Origin: Glycera tridactyla
Taxonomy: Eukaryota
Assembly (NCBI GenBank): GCA_965644265.1
Contig: OZ286472.1
Span: 45,694,001 to 45,758,000, forward strand
Reading direction: 5' to 3'
Length of the DNA stretch: 64,000 nt
Shown here: positions 24,421 through 37,700 of the stretch, one piece after another
How positions within the stretch are numbered: the first letter of the stretch is position 1
How the letters are laid out: every line of letters begins with the position of its first letter
Position numbers and translations under genes: made by a program
The notes under the pieces: model-generated
What the model was told of the DNA's origin: nothing
What the model saw: the letters and a program-made list of their open reading frames with translations, nothing else
The model's database searches: none

Positions 24421-24473
24421 GGTCCTGGTGCTGGAGCAGGTATCGATTTCGATATTAATGATCATATACTTAC

Positions 24474-24712
24474 CACCTGTTAGGTCAGCCCGGAAGGTCG
24501 GGGCATAATTTATCGAGGAGCAGTTCCAGCGCCTCTGGTGGAATAGTTCCTCGCAGACACGCACCGTTTCTCGTGCTGCATGCGCGGTGACCGCCATCAG
24601 TTCCAGATAATTCCGACAGATGCCTACCTGGGTCTTACTCAAGCCACGCTCGCCTCTCCATGCCATGCAGTGCTTTGTCTGGTTCCACGGGGAAGAATTC
24701 TTCGCCAATGAC
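24474..24712 (-). CDS. Wnt11: Wnt11-like ligand, internal coding exon (N-terminal mature region: SLAKNSSPWNQTKHC...RRWNCSSINYAPTFRADLTG)
   Basis: Acceptor ttcgtag|G at 24713/24712 and donor G|gtaagt at 24474/24473; 239 nt, phase 2 in and phase 1 out. It encodes the Wnt motifs Q..IC, C...F..RRWNCS. The NQT and NCS sequons and ELM..AHAARE resemble WNT11 as recalled. Confidence 0.93.
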
Positions 24713-24769
24713 CTACGAACACATCAGACACAGACACATATCATTGCTTTTTTCGTTAAGGATCAAGGA

Positions 24770-24862
24770 TATCTGAATGATCCGATACATGCCCACTGCA
24801 TTGGCGTCTCACTATAACTCAAGTGGTGCTCACGAGATGTTGAACATGCAAATAATCAACCA
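24770..24862 (+). mobile_element. SINE 3' fragment just upstream of the Wnt11 acceptor
   Basis: tgaatgatcc..catgcccactgcattggcgtctcactata...gtggtgctcacgagatgttgaac...aatcaacc. Confidence 0.55.
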
Positions 24863-25129
24863 CCGTCATAACCAAATATATTTTGGTTTGCATCTACAAT
24901 CAAAAGCAATTGGAGACATTCGCGTCTATCTTCTGAAATGTAAAAAAGGTACTCAAGGTGTTTCAAATGATCCACCTCGAAAAAATTAAACCAGTGATAT
25001 ACCTTGGGATTCAATGCATTAGTGATAGAGACACTCTCTTCTGACTAAACACCAGTGAGTTGTTACTGCACTCCAATCGAACTTCTAACCAGCCAAGCCT
25101 CGACACGTATTTGGTTCCCTATCATTCAT

Positions 25130-25190
25130 TGTTCAGGGTTTGTGAGAGTGATGCCTGCAGGAGATCCGGCTTTCATGCATCAGGAACCCC
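25130..25190 (+). repeat. Dispersed repeat shared with 54778-54845
   Basis: tgttcagg.tttgtg..agtgatgcctgcagg...gctttcat...aggaac occurs in both places. Confidence 0.55.
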
Positions 25191-25429
25191 CGTCTTATAT
25201 AGTCCCTCTTATCAATCTATGCAAGAGAAATTTTGTACATGTTAGGCTATGGGGAGACATGGATGAGTTAGCTACATCTCACAGGCCACTCGTCTTCTTG
25301 ATCTCGACCTGTTTTAATGTTATTTTATGACATACCAGCGGCGCATTTACGCCGTGCTGGCTGCCAGGTTGGTATGTTGATTCACCCCACGCGCCCACCT
25401 ACTTAGCACACCCTGGAAGTCTGGTCAGC

Positions 25430-25840
25430 TGGGCATCATTCTGCACACTCCGGCTGAATGATCAGTTACAGAAATTTCTGCACACTCTGGCTGAATGATC
25501 AGCTACAGACCATCCTACACACTTCTGATCAGCTACAGATTATTCTACACTCTCTGGTAGTCTGATCATCTACAGATCATCCTGCACAATTCGGCTATTT
25601 GATCAGCTGTAGATCACCTGCGCAATTCGACAGTCTGATCATCTACTGATCATTCTGCACAATCCAGCTATTCGATCATCCACTGTTCATCCTGCACAAT
25701 TCAGCTGTCTGATCATCTGAAGATCGTTTGGCACGATCCGGCTGTTTGATCAGCTGTAGATCGCCTGCACAATCCGGCTGTTTGATCAGCTGTAGATCGC
25801 CTGCACAATCCAGCTATTTGATCGGCTAAAGACCATCCTG
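25430..25840. repeat. Degenerate ~37-bp satellite array, left part (about 11 units)
   Basis: Repeats of tgatcagct(ac/gt)agatc..ctgcaca..c.ggc.gt.; same family as 26440-27150. Confidence 0.88.
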
Positions 25841-25844
25841 ATTA

Positions 25845-26437
25845 TTCCTATTTGATCATATACTTATCAAGAATGTCCCGAGTGCCTGGTATGTTGAGAG
25901 CGTACCACGCCGAGTTGCGAGCCCCGGGGAAGCACGAGTGGCCGGAGGCCAAGGGTGCCTCCCCGGGCTCGCTACGAGGCCACGAGGCCACGAGGCCGGA
26001 GGCCACGAGTGCCTCCCCGGGCTCGCTACGAGGCGTGTGCGCTCTCAACATGCCAGTCACGAGTGATGTCCTGATCTTATCATCCGATAAATGAATTGAA
26101 TAATGAATCAGCTTCAATTTGGTGTTTAGATTGTGAAAATCGGACCACTGGTTGCTGAGATAGAGCGATTCTTATATAGGTATCTTTCCTAACACCTGCC
26201 GTGACGCTATACAGATCGAATGCGCGACACAACCTGTTGACCCTTGACCTCAATTGTTCTCTCGCGAATGTTTGTTATACGGACCAATCAGCATTGGCGC
26301 TTTCGCCCCACGTGACCTATGTGCAAAAAAATGAAAATACCAGCTCGGAGGTGGTACGCTCTCAGATTACTGCCCAACGCCGAGGAGTACGAGAAGACAA
26401 CGCTTACCAACACGCTAGACCCAACATCGGATGATAA
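25845..26437. mobile_element. Non-autonomous foldback/MITE-like insertion with nested inverted repeats, interrupting the 37-bp satellite
   Basis: Arm 25882-25935 is the inverse of 26010-26060. An internal duplicate of gtgcctccccgggctcgctacgaggc is present. TTATCATCCGAT (26077-26088) is the exact inverse of ATCGGATGATAA (26426-26437). tgagagcgtaccac recurs inverted at about 26344-26363. Confidence 0.7.
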
Positions 26438-26439
26438 AA

Positions 26440-27150
26440 CTTATTCTACACCCTCTGGAAATCTGATTACCTACAAAACACTCTGCACACTCTGGCAGTC
26501 TGGTCAGCTGAATATATTTTTGTCCACTCTGGCAGTCTGGTCGACTGCATATCATTCTTCACCCGTCGGCAGTCTGATTATAGATCATCATGCACACTCT
26601 GGCAAATAATCAGCTACAGATCATCCTACATCCTCTGGCAGTTTGATCAGCTACAGAACAGCCTGCACACTCTGGTAGTCTGATCAGCTACAGCTCACCC
26701 TGCACCATCTGGCAGTCTGATCAGCTACAGTTCACCCTGCACCATCTGGCAGTCTGATCAGCTACAGATTATTGTCAGCTACAGATCAACCGACATACTC
26801 TGGCAGTTTGATCAGCTACATATCACCCTGCACACTCTGGCAGTTTGATCAGCTACAGATCACCCTGCACCATCTGGCAGTCTGATCAGCTACAGATCAA
26901 CCTGCACAGTGTGGCAGTTTGATCAGCTACAGATCACCCTGCACCATCTGGCAGTCTGATCATCTACAGATCACCCTGCACAGTCTGGCAGTCTGATCAG
27001 CTACAAGTCATCCTACATCCTCTGGCAGTTTGGTCAGCTACAGAACAGCCTACACACTCTGGTAGTCTGATCAGCTACAGATCACCCTGCACACTCTAGC
27101 AGTTTAATCAGCTACAAACCATCCTGTACACTGGCAGTCTGATCTTATTC
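26440..27150. repeat. ~37-bp satellite array, right part (about 19 units; gatcagctacagatcaccctgcacactctggcagtct)
   Basis: Period of 37 bp (for example gatcagc at 26847 and 26884). Most homogeneous at about 26650-27100 and degenerate at the left edge. Confidence 0.93.
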
Positions 27151-28624
27151 ATTCAGTGACTTGTTAAAAGCAGACATCATCTAATGCAATTACACAAATG
27201 ATGGAAGAGCAGAAAAACAATAAACACCATTCTTGAGACAATGGAAGTTTAGTCAGTATTTAAGTTATATCAGGACGCCAAAGACTCTCCTCTCCTCTCG
27301 GTGTGAGACAACAGTTCCCCCTAATCAATAAATGTTTCTTTGACAATAGGATTATCATTTCTATGCTGCCCCAGTTTTGTGATATCAGCAGAAATATGCC
27401 TACCAAAAAGTTATGTCATCGATTTCATGGGTATTGTCCAGAGATTATTGTATGCCACACCGATGTAATATTGAGACCTGGTCAGATAAATGAATGTGGT
27501 GTATTACAATTTAATTTATTTCATTTTTGTGTGGAAATTAGGGTGACTAGAAACTAAAACTTGCAGATGATTACTGGATTCATTTGACCCAATGGCCAGT
27601 AATATTCAGCCAATTGACATCGTACCAAAGCATTAGGTTCGATGTACTAGCAACCTGAAATATGAAATACGCCGCTTATCCAGACACTGATGAAATGATT
27701 TATAGTGCAAGAGATATAGGGATAGGTTTGAGAGGTTGTTGGAGCGACTAGAGAGTAGGCGAGTGAGAAAGGCTAGATAGTGTGGAAGCTGCAGTCAGTC
27801 GGAGCTCGATGCTGGGTGTTCTCTGATGGCATGCTACTGATAACATTCTGCTATTCAATCTGTTGATGTTGGCATCAACTTGCCGCACACAACATTTCAA
27901 GCGGCTTTAATTAGATAAGTTTCGACAAAGTTGAGTGTCAGTCGCAGGTAAAACTGGCAATAGTACACCGGGTGGCCTGCCATACGGCTCATCTAGTCCG
28001 CGTATCACGTGGTGCCCCGCGAGACCTCGCATCACTACAGCACTGCCGACCCAGATAGCGTAACTGTTGGGCATGGTGCCCTCACGACGGAGTCAGTAAT
28101 GGACTGAATGATTGAGGCTATGGCAAATGATGTCTCACCACGTATTCTCCACGCAGAAACGCATCCTAACCTTGGCATTTCCTACGGTTTTCATTTCTGA
28201 TACAGTACAACACTAGAACTAAACACAGAACAAGAAAAAATGCTCTAAATGTGCAACGCACAGAATCGTTGATATACCAGAAAACGAAAATCGGGACTGA
28301 ATTGCATCACGATCCTGTCACCAAATTCATCTCTGTAAATGAATTAATTCATCTCACCATCTTGATTTGGCTCGCAGACTTGCACAATGAACTCAAGTGA
28401 ACTGACTGTCATTGGGTGGTATCCAGTCCTTTACAGCTGTATACGCTATCGGCGAACTAAAGTGAATGATGACACATTGGATATTGAAGTACAATCTGTA
28501 TTCACACATTTTATTATTTGAGTGGGTTTAATTGAATCTGTAAATCACACAGAACAATTAAATGTGTCAGCAGTTGATATAGAGCGCGTGCAATATGCAT
28601 GAGGGTGGCTAGGGTGGCAGAGTC

Positions 28625-28640
28625 CAACCAGATGGCGCTA
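28625..28640 (+). promoter_or_regulatory. CTCF-type motif CAACCAGATGGCGCTA
   Basis: One mismatch to CCACCAGATGGCGCTA. Confidence 0.45.
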
Positions 28641-30759
28641 TGCTATTAAATAGCCTCAGAAAGAAACTAGACAGTTCGGGCCGTCCTGTTTTGAACCAAA
28701 CCACGCAAAGCCTCGGCATACGACGATAGTGGCTCAGGCCGTGTCACCTGCATGACTGTTTGAAGTGACACCTCAAGTGTCTAATTTTCATGTCACCTCC
28801 TTCACTTTTCGCTCTGAACCAGGGATGAATATCTGTCGATAGTTCTCCATGCCCTTTCATTCCATGGGTCTGGGGGCTTGGAGGTATAATTTCAGTGGGC
28901 AATCCCGGGCATGGATTTTTCACACACATGGATGGAGTTTTCTCCAGCCATGGTAGCCTTTTCAAAGTGGTAGCTTTCATGTGCAAAACTCTCGAAAATG
29001 ATAATTGCTAATGCAAAATAGGGTTTTATAAGAATCAACCCCTTCAATAGCTACGACAGCAATCTTCGTACAAATGATATTGCCATGAGCAACAAGATCA
29101 GCAATTAGGGGGGCTACCGGGATGTTGCACAATATCGGATCAATCAATCAGCCAGTGTGAAAGTATTCATTCATTGAGGATCACATCATGATATGGATTT
29201 ATTGCGTCTCGTGTATTCTATTCTGTCGAAATCGGAAGGTAAGGCTTTAAACTGGTGGTGTCATCTAGGACCCTCGCATTGACCAATAATGGAGAGAATG
29301 ATGACGTTGATAGGAAATCATTATATGGACAAACGTCTAACGCCCTGATTACAGATGTAAAGTATCTCAAGTATCGGAGGGGTGCGTCTCCACAGACAAA
29401 AATGGGTACCTTTGCACGCGAAAGCATATTCACTCAAATATTCATTAGCTGATTTTCCACTGAAATATCATTTCATCTCCTGTTGGATGCCCGTGAGCAG
29501 GAGTCTTGAGAAATCATAGTCATGTCAATTGTATGAGCAGCCAAAGAACCAACCAACCGACAACTTGAAAGCAGCTGTCGATGGAATTTCACCTAGAGAA
29601 AGTCCTCAATCTAATGTCACTTGTGAGTATGTCATTGGCTAAGTATTTGTTTGAATTATCTGATCAGTTTCGTGTTGAAACGCGCAGGGAATTCAAGCAC
29701 CCTTTCTTCGTAATAGTTCCTGAATAGTTGGTAGATCATAGGATATTGTTGATATCCAACAGACATGTGGTCACGATACAGTATATCACCTTAGGGCATG
29801 CTCTTCACAGATCCCGCCTGCGGTGTCTTGTTGACATGGCCGTCGTCAAGGAAACTCATTATGTCGGGCGCATGAATACAAAAACACTCGCATCGATGTC
29901 GGACAAAGTGTGTCTCTTTATTCGCCGGCAAGCCGCTTATTGGTTGCCTCTTGACCTTTTGTGACATCACGCGACCTTCCGAGGCGCCCTCTGCCACACT
30001 TGACTGGTCACCCGGAAAGTAACACCACTGATGGGCCTCATTTATTGGGCGAGGGGACCCGACTTGTCAGAATACTATCGGAAACATCGGAATGTTGAAC
30101 GTGTCGTTGAGTGTTTTATCTTCGTCCGAACGACAAAAGAAGTGTAAACATTTGTCTTGAAGACTTCGAAAGACGAGATCAACTACAAGAGAGTACCAAG
30201 TGCCCGATCGGTGTCGAGTGTGTCTGTGTCGTCTCAAATAATTACGAGACAGACACCATCAAAACTTTAACCATGGAGATGAGTGTGGGTCTTTCCTGTA
30301 AATCAGTGAGAGTCATAGGGCATTGAATAAAATGTCTACTTCAGTTCTTCCTCAATACTTCAATTCAATACTCAAATTCAATCAAGCTGAGATGAATTCT
30401 GAACATGGAGGCGTATTCTAATAAAAACACCGAGAGTATAGACCAGCAATCTGGGAAGACCGAGGCACGTGTCTTATTCATGCTCACTGGGGATAAGTTT
30501 ACTATAATGCAATACGCGGGTTTTCATATCAAATACCTCAGAATGCCCCCAACCCCACAGTGAATATATATATCAACGATCAGGTGCTCGTACCATACAT
30601 TCCCGCCCCTGAGTGAATGTGTACGGATGAACATCGAATCATGGTTACGGGTGAATGATTGAGAATCGAGTCCTTCTATCATATTGTATTGGCCATTTTG
30701 GAACAGAATACATCGAAAGGAACTTGAATAAGTTTCAAGTACCCGAGTCAGAAATGACA

Positions 30760-30850
30760 CCCGAGTGTCTGAATTTCGTAAATCTTTGCATTCCGTTTGG
30801 GACCCAGAAGGAGGCGTCCTAATTGATCCAACCATGCTCATTGGATATTG
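30760..30850 (+). mobile_element. SINE fragment
   Basis: gagtgtctgaatttcgtaaatc...ttccgtttgggacccagaaggaggcgtcc, a near-exact match to 3708-3735. Confidence 0.6.
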
Positions 30851-33258
30851 CTCATTTTTGGGAATGTAATCAATCTTTCTTGAAATACCCCTATTTGCCC
30901 TTTGAAACTTTCAGTCAAGTTCCTGTAACTTTTGGATTTCATTTTGAATAACATTTTCACAATTTGTAAGATTCCCCAATATACCGGCATCACTATCGGT
31001 TTGACGGCGTATAATATTCTTCGGGTTGATGCATGCTGTGAGCGCCAAACCAAACCAAAACTGAACCAATCAGTATATCCCGCGTTGATGGTAGCTTAAT
31101 TGAGGATATCAATGATGGGCTGAGGCTGTTGTGGTGGGAATGGTGGTAGCGCAGAAGTTTTCAGTGTTTTTCCACATGATCTGTGTCTAAATCATACAAA
31201 ACGCCGTCTATCTTGGCCAATTTATCCCCAGAAAATGACAAAATGCAAATAAATAAGTCGATGCTACTCATAGGTTGGAATATATGAATTTGATATATGA
31301 ATTTAAAGTTAGTTCAGTGGCATCAAACACCAGGTGAAGAAGGACACTTCCAAGCTCTAGCTATATATGGTGAACACCTCACGTCGGCTAGTCTCGATCG
31401 ATGCCAGAATTTCTGGGACCTCTGACCCCGTGATCATCACTTAGGTCAAGAAAGGTTATCGCCAAATCGCCCTGGCAGAGTTGATTAGTTCATTTCACGC
31501 TTATAATTCGTCAATCGGATGACACGAGATGTGCCTGTATCTGGCTAGACTTGATGATAACTAAACGTATAGCCAGATATATTTGAGTGAAGTAGGAGAC
31601 TGCGATATAAAGCTTTCTCTGAATGTGCATGAGTGAAACAAAACCTTGCGATGTTCGAAAGTATGCAGGTATGTAGGTATTCATGCAGGCAAGGCAGACA
31701 GGCTGGAATCACCTCTTCTCTTTTCCTTAGTAGATTTCTGTGCGGGAAATTTAATGAAAACATGGGTTTACATAGATTTATGATGGCATTGAACTGCAAG
31801 CATCGGACCTCCATTATTGAGGAGCTGGTTTGGGGATAATACTTCTAATGCAGGTCATCCATTTTGGAATTCCCAGGCGTGTCCCATAAAAAAGAGATTC
31901 ACTTGTATTTTTCGTGGACATTACAAGTAGGTCATGGAGTCCCCCTAGAATCCGTGATAGCTTTGTGTGCAGGTATTCAGCTGAATGTGGGTGGTATCCT
32001 TAATCAGTAGGTGGGAGGAAAAAATCTGGTTCACAATAGCACCGTTCATGCATGGTTGGCACAGATTTACAAACAACACAGTGTAACAAGAATACTACAC
32101 ATTCTGTAGTAGTATCTAGACGCTTGCGGCCATCTCTCTTACAGTATTTGAGCAAACGATGTGCTGTCGGATCTGCCCTGAAGTGCCAGTTGGAGCGAAC
32201 AAAAAGTCTCTGGAATAGTGAATTTCTAACATAAGTTAATGGAGGTGCTCGACTCTCTTGTCGGTGGTGTTAGAATAGTGGAGTTCAGTGTTGCTGTTTG
32301 TCAAAATCATATTGGATAGCACCTCCAACATTTCGATGAATATGTATTCCCGACTTCAACTTACTAGTTGAAACTCATAACAAAAGTTCATGGTCGATGG
32401 TTGAAATGGATTCCTATATTTCTTGTATCACCGCTGCAAATCACCCAGGTGGCTCACAAAGGTGGCTGGACTGAAGAGGTTGATTGATTGATTGTTTGAT
32501 GTCTAACAGCATGTATCAACCCAAATGAGATCTGAAGAGGAGAATATATAATGGTTAGCAAGGGTCGTGTAGTGTCATATAATTGATGAGTGCAGATCGG
32601 AGATCGGTCTCACTCAGACGTGCTTCCCATGGGGATGGTGAGGAACATATGTTGCAGCACCCTCTTTGTATCATCATCGTGGATATATGGTCGGTATAGA
32701 AAAGTCACACCAGTTATATCCCGACCGAACTACATTATTATAACACGGATAGCAACATTTGATGACCAAAATTATTAATAATGCCAATCTTCAAGAGTGA
32801 TGATAACAGTATTGGCAATGCTCAAATAAGAGAATCCTAAGTTTCTTGAAGTAATGTTACACACAAAAGTTTTGGTACAGAGAAAGTGATCAATATTACA
32901 AATTTGCTCGACATCACTTTTTCAAAACTGGTATTGTCATTCGAGACAGAGTAGGTCCTGAACTACTAGGACTAGGACTAGATTTACCAGAGAATTGGCT
33001 GGTGCTTCATCAATAGTATAGGTACTGTGTGCTTATTGTGGTACTGGCTCAGATTTGGCGGTCCATAATTAAACGCATCGATCCGATATTCATTGAGCCC
33101 GATACATCCCATTTTGCTTTGTTGAGAGACAGTGCCTCATCATGGGCTGCCAGCTTCCACTCTGTTGAGACATGCCCTCAACCCCAACCATGCAATCAAT
33201 CAGCTGATGTGTTATCTTTCGGTGAGCGATAATGAAGTAGATCTGACTTGAACGACAC

Positions 33259-33273
33259 GTGGCCACCTGGTGT
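33259..33273 (-). promoter_or_regulatory. CTCF-type motif ACACCAGGTGGCCAC
   Basis: Two mismatches to CCACCAGGTGGCGC. Confidence 0.3.
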
Positions 33274-34513
33274 ATCTAATGGAAATTCCATCTATTTAGG
33301 GTGTAGTTGGCGCTAACAAGCAAGGCTGATTGATATATGTGCTGGGCAGCTGTCTTCCTGATTTTTCAATCCCTCCATCCAACGGGTTCTTCATATATGG
33401 GATACTTTGGATATCTTTGCGCGTATCAAGTTGGCACTGACAAGATCTCCTTCATTTCTAATCTCACTTACGAAAGCACCATTATGTGGAGCATCCAAAA
33501 TATTACAATGGCTGTTGCAGCTAGCTGTGTGATGGATTACCAAATGAGAGGAGATGGGGCAGCCGGCCTGTATACTGCATACGACTTGTTTCAATTCGCG
33601 GACCATCCGGCGAGCTTGAACCCTCTAGAGTTGAGTTCAAAACACGGAAACAGCACGAATTATACAAAGCCAGGGTTGGGTGACACATGAGCACCTATCT
33701 TGGATCCAAAAACAGTCTTCGCCATTTCAAATAAATCCACATTTATCACCACCGCTGTTATCTGCGTGCAGAATATTGTGCGTAATTTAGATTGTCGATT
33801 TTTGGGAATTCTGCAGAATTTGATACGTAAATCAGAGCGGTGATTTTCTGTATAGTTTGGCCGAACCTACTAAAGCCCATATATTGATAGAATTTCATTG
33901 ATAGAATTTCATAGAAAGGATTACCGCCGAATATATATTCGACAGCTATAACGAGCTGCGATTCTATGGGTTACAGTGCCGGATGGATGTTATAGGCTCT
34001 CCTGTTGCGCCGAGAAGGACAGGTCATTCGAGAGAAGAAAAGGGGACTGCAAGCCTGACAATGACAATCTACAGATATACGATATTCGCTCCACATAAAT
34101 GGGAATAACGCACAATCAAATGAGTATCACACGAGATCTAAGCAGCCATTCATGGATATCTGATGGTTGAATCGCTGTGGCCCACACCTGCGTGTTTAAT
34201 AGCTTTAGAAATCCTTATGTAAGCTAACAACGGAGAAACGTGAGACGCCGCTAAAATGGCCGTCCTGCTTGGTTCGGTCGACTGAACACGTCTCTCGACA
34301 GTGACGTCATCACACATTACTGCAGCATGTATGCTCAAGGTGAACAGCCATTTTGTGCGTAAAGACAGACGCAGCAATTACGACCAACGTTCGCAAGATT
34401 CTCTTGAACATTTCATGCTGTGGTCTATTTCTGAAAATTAGAAAGAATGCGACTGATTGTTCCACTCATGCTCATTCCACAGGTGGCTCAATAACTCAGC
34501 TGGTGCTCGCGAG

Positions 34514-34796
34514 ACGATGAACCTTCTCAAGAGGCCCCCTCAATAAAATGGTCGCCTGCCTACAAACGCCACGCTGAGTTGTGACCGTGAAAGTATTTCC
34601 TACAATCAATGACCTCTCCACAAAGGCCACTTAGCAACCGAGGGTGGTCTTTGTAGGGGGGGTTCTCAAGAGCCAATCTCAATACGAAGGTTACCTCCCT
34701 ACAAAATCCACAGTTGATGACCTCTCTACGAAGACCACCTCTCAACAAAGCTCGCTTTATGACCGAGGGTTGTCTTTGTGGACATGTTCGACGGTA
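34514..34796. mobile_element. 'aagaccacct' MITE family copy with internal duplication
   Basis: Repeated tgacctct..acaaaggccac / cgaagaccacctctcaacaaag and accgagggt(g/t)gtctttgt; right end gttcgacggta. Confidence 0.55.
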
Positions 34797-37700
34797 CATG
34801 TTTTAGTGATCGATTTTCCGCGCCTCATCCCAGCTGGCACCATCTAGTCTAGGATTCTTGTCTTATAACATGACCTCATGTAAAGCGACGTGACATCCCC
34901 CCCCCCCCCAATACCGACCAGATCACTATCAAGGTCATCGTGTCAGGTCTTTACGTGACCTAATTATGGGAAGAAACGTCTCGATCCCGATGACGACAGA
35001 ACTCGTTCCCGGACGACCCAGAAGATCGGGCATACGATAATCCAGAATATGGAGCCTCCGATGCTCAGATACAACTGCAAATAACGGCGACGAAGACGAC
35101 AGGGTCATCATCGTAACAGAATCTGAACCTTCCCGACACCATCACTACCACTGTCACTATCCACGTGCCGTGTCGCATACACAGGGAATTTCTGACTATC
35201 GAAAATGTATGTGTCTGGGGCAAATTGATGTAGTACATATGTCATTCCACACTGGGTTGTGCTTCGAATTATGTTGAAGTAGGATGAATTCAATGTGCTC
35301 TTTATCGTATGATTATGTTTTCCGAAAGATCAGATCGGGTGGAAGATGCGTCTTTCGAATTTCCGGATCCTTCTCGCCATCGTATTGGATGACAATTTCC
35401 GCTCGTATGGATATATTTATATGGTGCAAAGATTGAAAGGATGCAATACTGGGACCGAGCGTAACCAATTCCCCCGCCCAGTGGCGTCATATGAATCACC
35501 AAGAAGCATCTCGGGTACAGGATAAATCACTAACTTTGGAATGACAATGCAACAGAAACACCAAATGGGAGTAGGCTAAGTTGATGAAACGAGTGTGATT
35601 TTGAGTCAGATGGTGAGAGAGCTGTGTGACCCGGGCCAATGCTTGACACGAGGCAGGGCTGTGAGCAATGAATAATCATGGCATGAGCACGTGTTTGTAA
35701 TGGTGAGCACGTGTGAATGGGCTTTGAGCAGGTGTGAAGAGCGTTGACACATGGAGTGTAACTAAACCGGCGACCGGCTGGTGGTGGATGTGGCCTAAAC
35801 ATGCGATGAGCACATCAGAGGAAAGAGAAAAAATGAGAGGGCAAAGGTGCTGAAACCCTAGCCGACAGGGGAGAGGGGGATTGAGAGAGAATGTGGAAGA
35901 GGGGGGGGGGGGAGAAATGAGGCAAAAAGACAGCAGACAGTCGGACGGATGGACAGACAGAGGGGTGAATGAGAGACAGACAGATTGATACATAGATGGG
36001 CAGCAGGGATAGACAAACGGGGGANNNNNNNNNNNNNNNNNNNNNNNNNNNNNNNNNNNNNNNNNNNNNNNNNNNNNNNNNNNNNNNNNNNNNNNNNNNN
36101 NNNNNNNNNNNNNNNNNNNNNNNNNNNNNNNNNNNNNNNNNNNNNNNNNNNNNNNNNNNNNNNNNNNNNNNNNNATCTTGGATTTCCCCATAACGTGCCC
36201 TCCATTCACCTACATACATATTTCCAATCATTAAACTGCTCGGTCTGTTATGCGCAAGATATGAAAGTGGCACCAGCGCTCATACAGCGGAGAACCGTGT
36301 AATGGTCGGCATATCGGCTGTCTCGCCCAATGCTTATATTTTCGGCACATGCGCATCGGTGTGTTTGTGTCCGATTTCATTTGGGAAACATCATTCAACC
36401 ATTTTCGAAATATCAACAATAGTAGAAATGTCGTTTATGTGCCAGATGAACAAGATAGAATTTTGATACACGTATTTCAGCAAACGCCGATAATAGAGGA
36501 AATCCTGGTTGCCCTAGTCAACCAAATATTATTACATGATCAGCAGTATCGGATGCCTTAGTCAGGTCCAGGGAGATCACTCCACTCATCTCAGCTCTGT
36601 CAGTACCAGTATTTATGATATTACAAAAATCGAGAGTGTGAGTGTGTCAGACTGTTTGTTGACATTCCATTGACCTGTGTATTGATGTCAGAGTCATAGC
36701 GGGTAGGATGAAAGCGGCCAGGATTCGTCTAATTACATATCTCAATATCACAATCTGACAGCTACTCTCGCTCATCAATTAGATAGGCACGAAAACCCGA
36801 AATACACCGGCTTATATGGAGCCAAAATATATATACACACTTGCTCGCGGAAATATTTTTATAATCGTTCCTCAGCATGCTCNNNNNNNNNNNNNNNNNN
36901 NNNNNNNNNNNNNNNNNNNNNNNNNNNNNNNNNNNNNNNNNNNNNNNNNNNNNNNNNNNNNNNNNNNNNNNNNNNNNNNNNNNNNNNNNNNNNNNNNNNN
37001 NNNNNNNNNNNNNNNNNNNNNNNNNNNNNNCATCACTACCGGTGCTGCTGCTGCTGCTGCTGATGATGATGATGATGGGGGCATCATCATGATTATAGCT
37101 AGTGTTGCTTTTGTCCTTGACGATATTGTAGTTATTCTTGATATTGGCGGGGTTGATGCTAGGAAGAGAGACTGTTGAAATCTTGACATGAGCAATTGTC
37201 AAATATGGCGGCTTTTATGAGGCATTTCGCTCTGATCGGTTTGCATACATTCAGTATGGCTAGGAAAGTGCGGAGTTTAAGTTTCGTGTGGTACTCTACT
37301 GTCGGTATGACGATATGAACTCCATCGCCCCCTCCCTCCGATTATTTATTTATGTCCTCTTATACATCAGCTGTCATGTCTAAATGAAATGTTTTCACTA
37401 ATGGAGATGCGATTTCAATGTTACAACATTAAACGAATAAGCAAGTGTAGACATATTTGCCAGGTAACCGTGTTGTGGTTGCCATATTTTTTACGGGTCG
37501 AATGGGACTGCAATACAGTCAATGCCACGGCCCGTTTACCAATTTTCGCTGCAAAAGGGAAACTGAGATCTCGGTTTTGGAGNNNNNNNNNNNNNNNNNN
37601 NNNNNNNNNNNNNNNNNNNNNNNNNNNNNNNNNNNNNNNNNNNNNNNNNNNNNNNNNNNNNNNNNNNNNNNNNNNNNNNNNNNNNNNNNNNNNNNNNNNN

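Larger units (their letters stand above)
21377..24473 (-). other. Wnt11 intron, 3,097 bp (GT-AG, phase 1)
   Basis: Bounded by gtaagt and tcttgcag. The junction reads DLTG-G-SREQAY, equivalent to the WNT11 DLERGTRESAF region. Confidence 0.9.

Noticed and set aside
23733-33235. Shared 14-mer GTGAGCGATAATGA at 23733 and 33222
   Set aside because: Several exact 14-mer matches are expected by chance within 64 kb, and the flanks do not align.
33337-33690. 117-aa plus-strand ORF with a hydrophobic start
   Set aside because: No recognisable domain or splice support, and the length is within chance expectation for this window.
34340-34377. Candidate first Wnt11 exon ending ...RTKWL| in phase 2
   Set aside because: The donor would be the non-consensus gttcac. 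An in-frame TAA lies immediately upstream, and there is no ATG or signal peptide.
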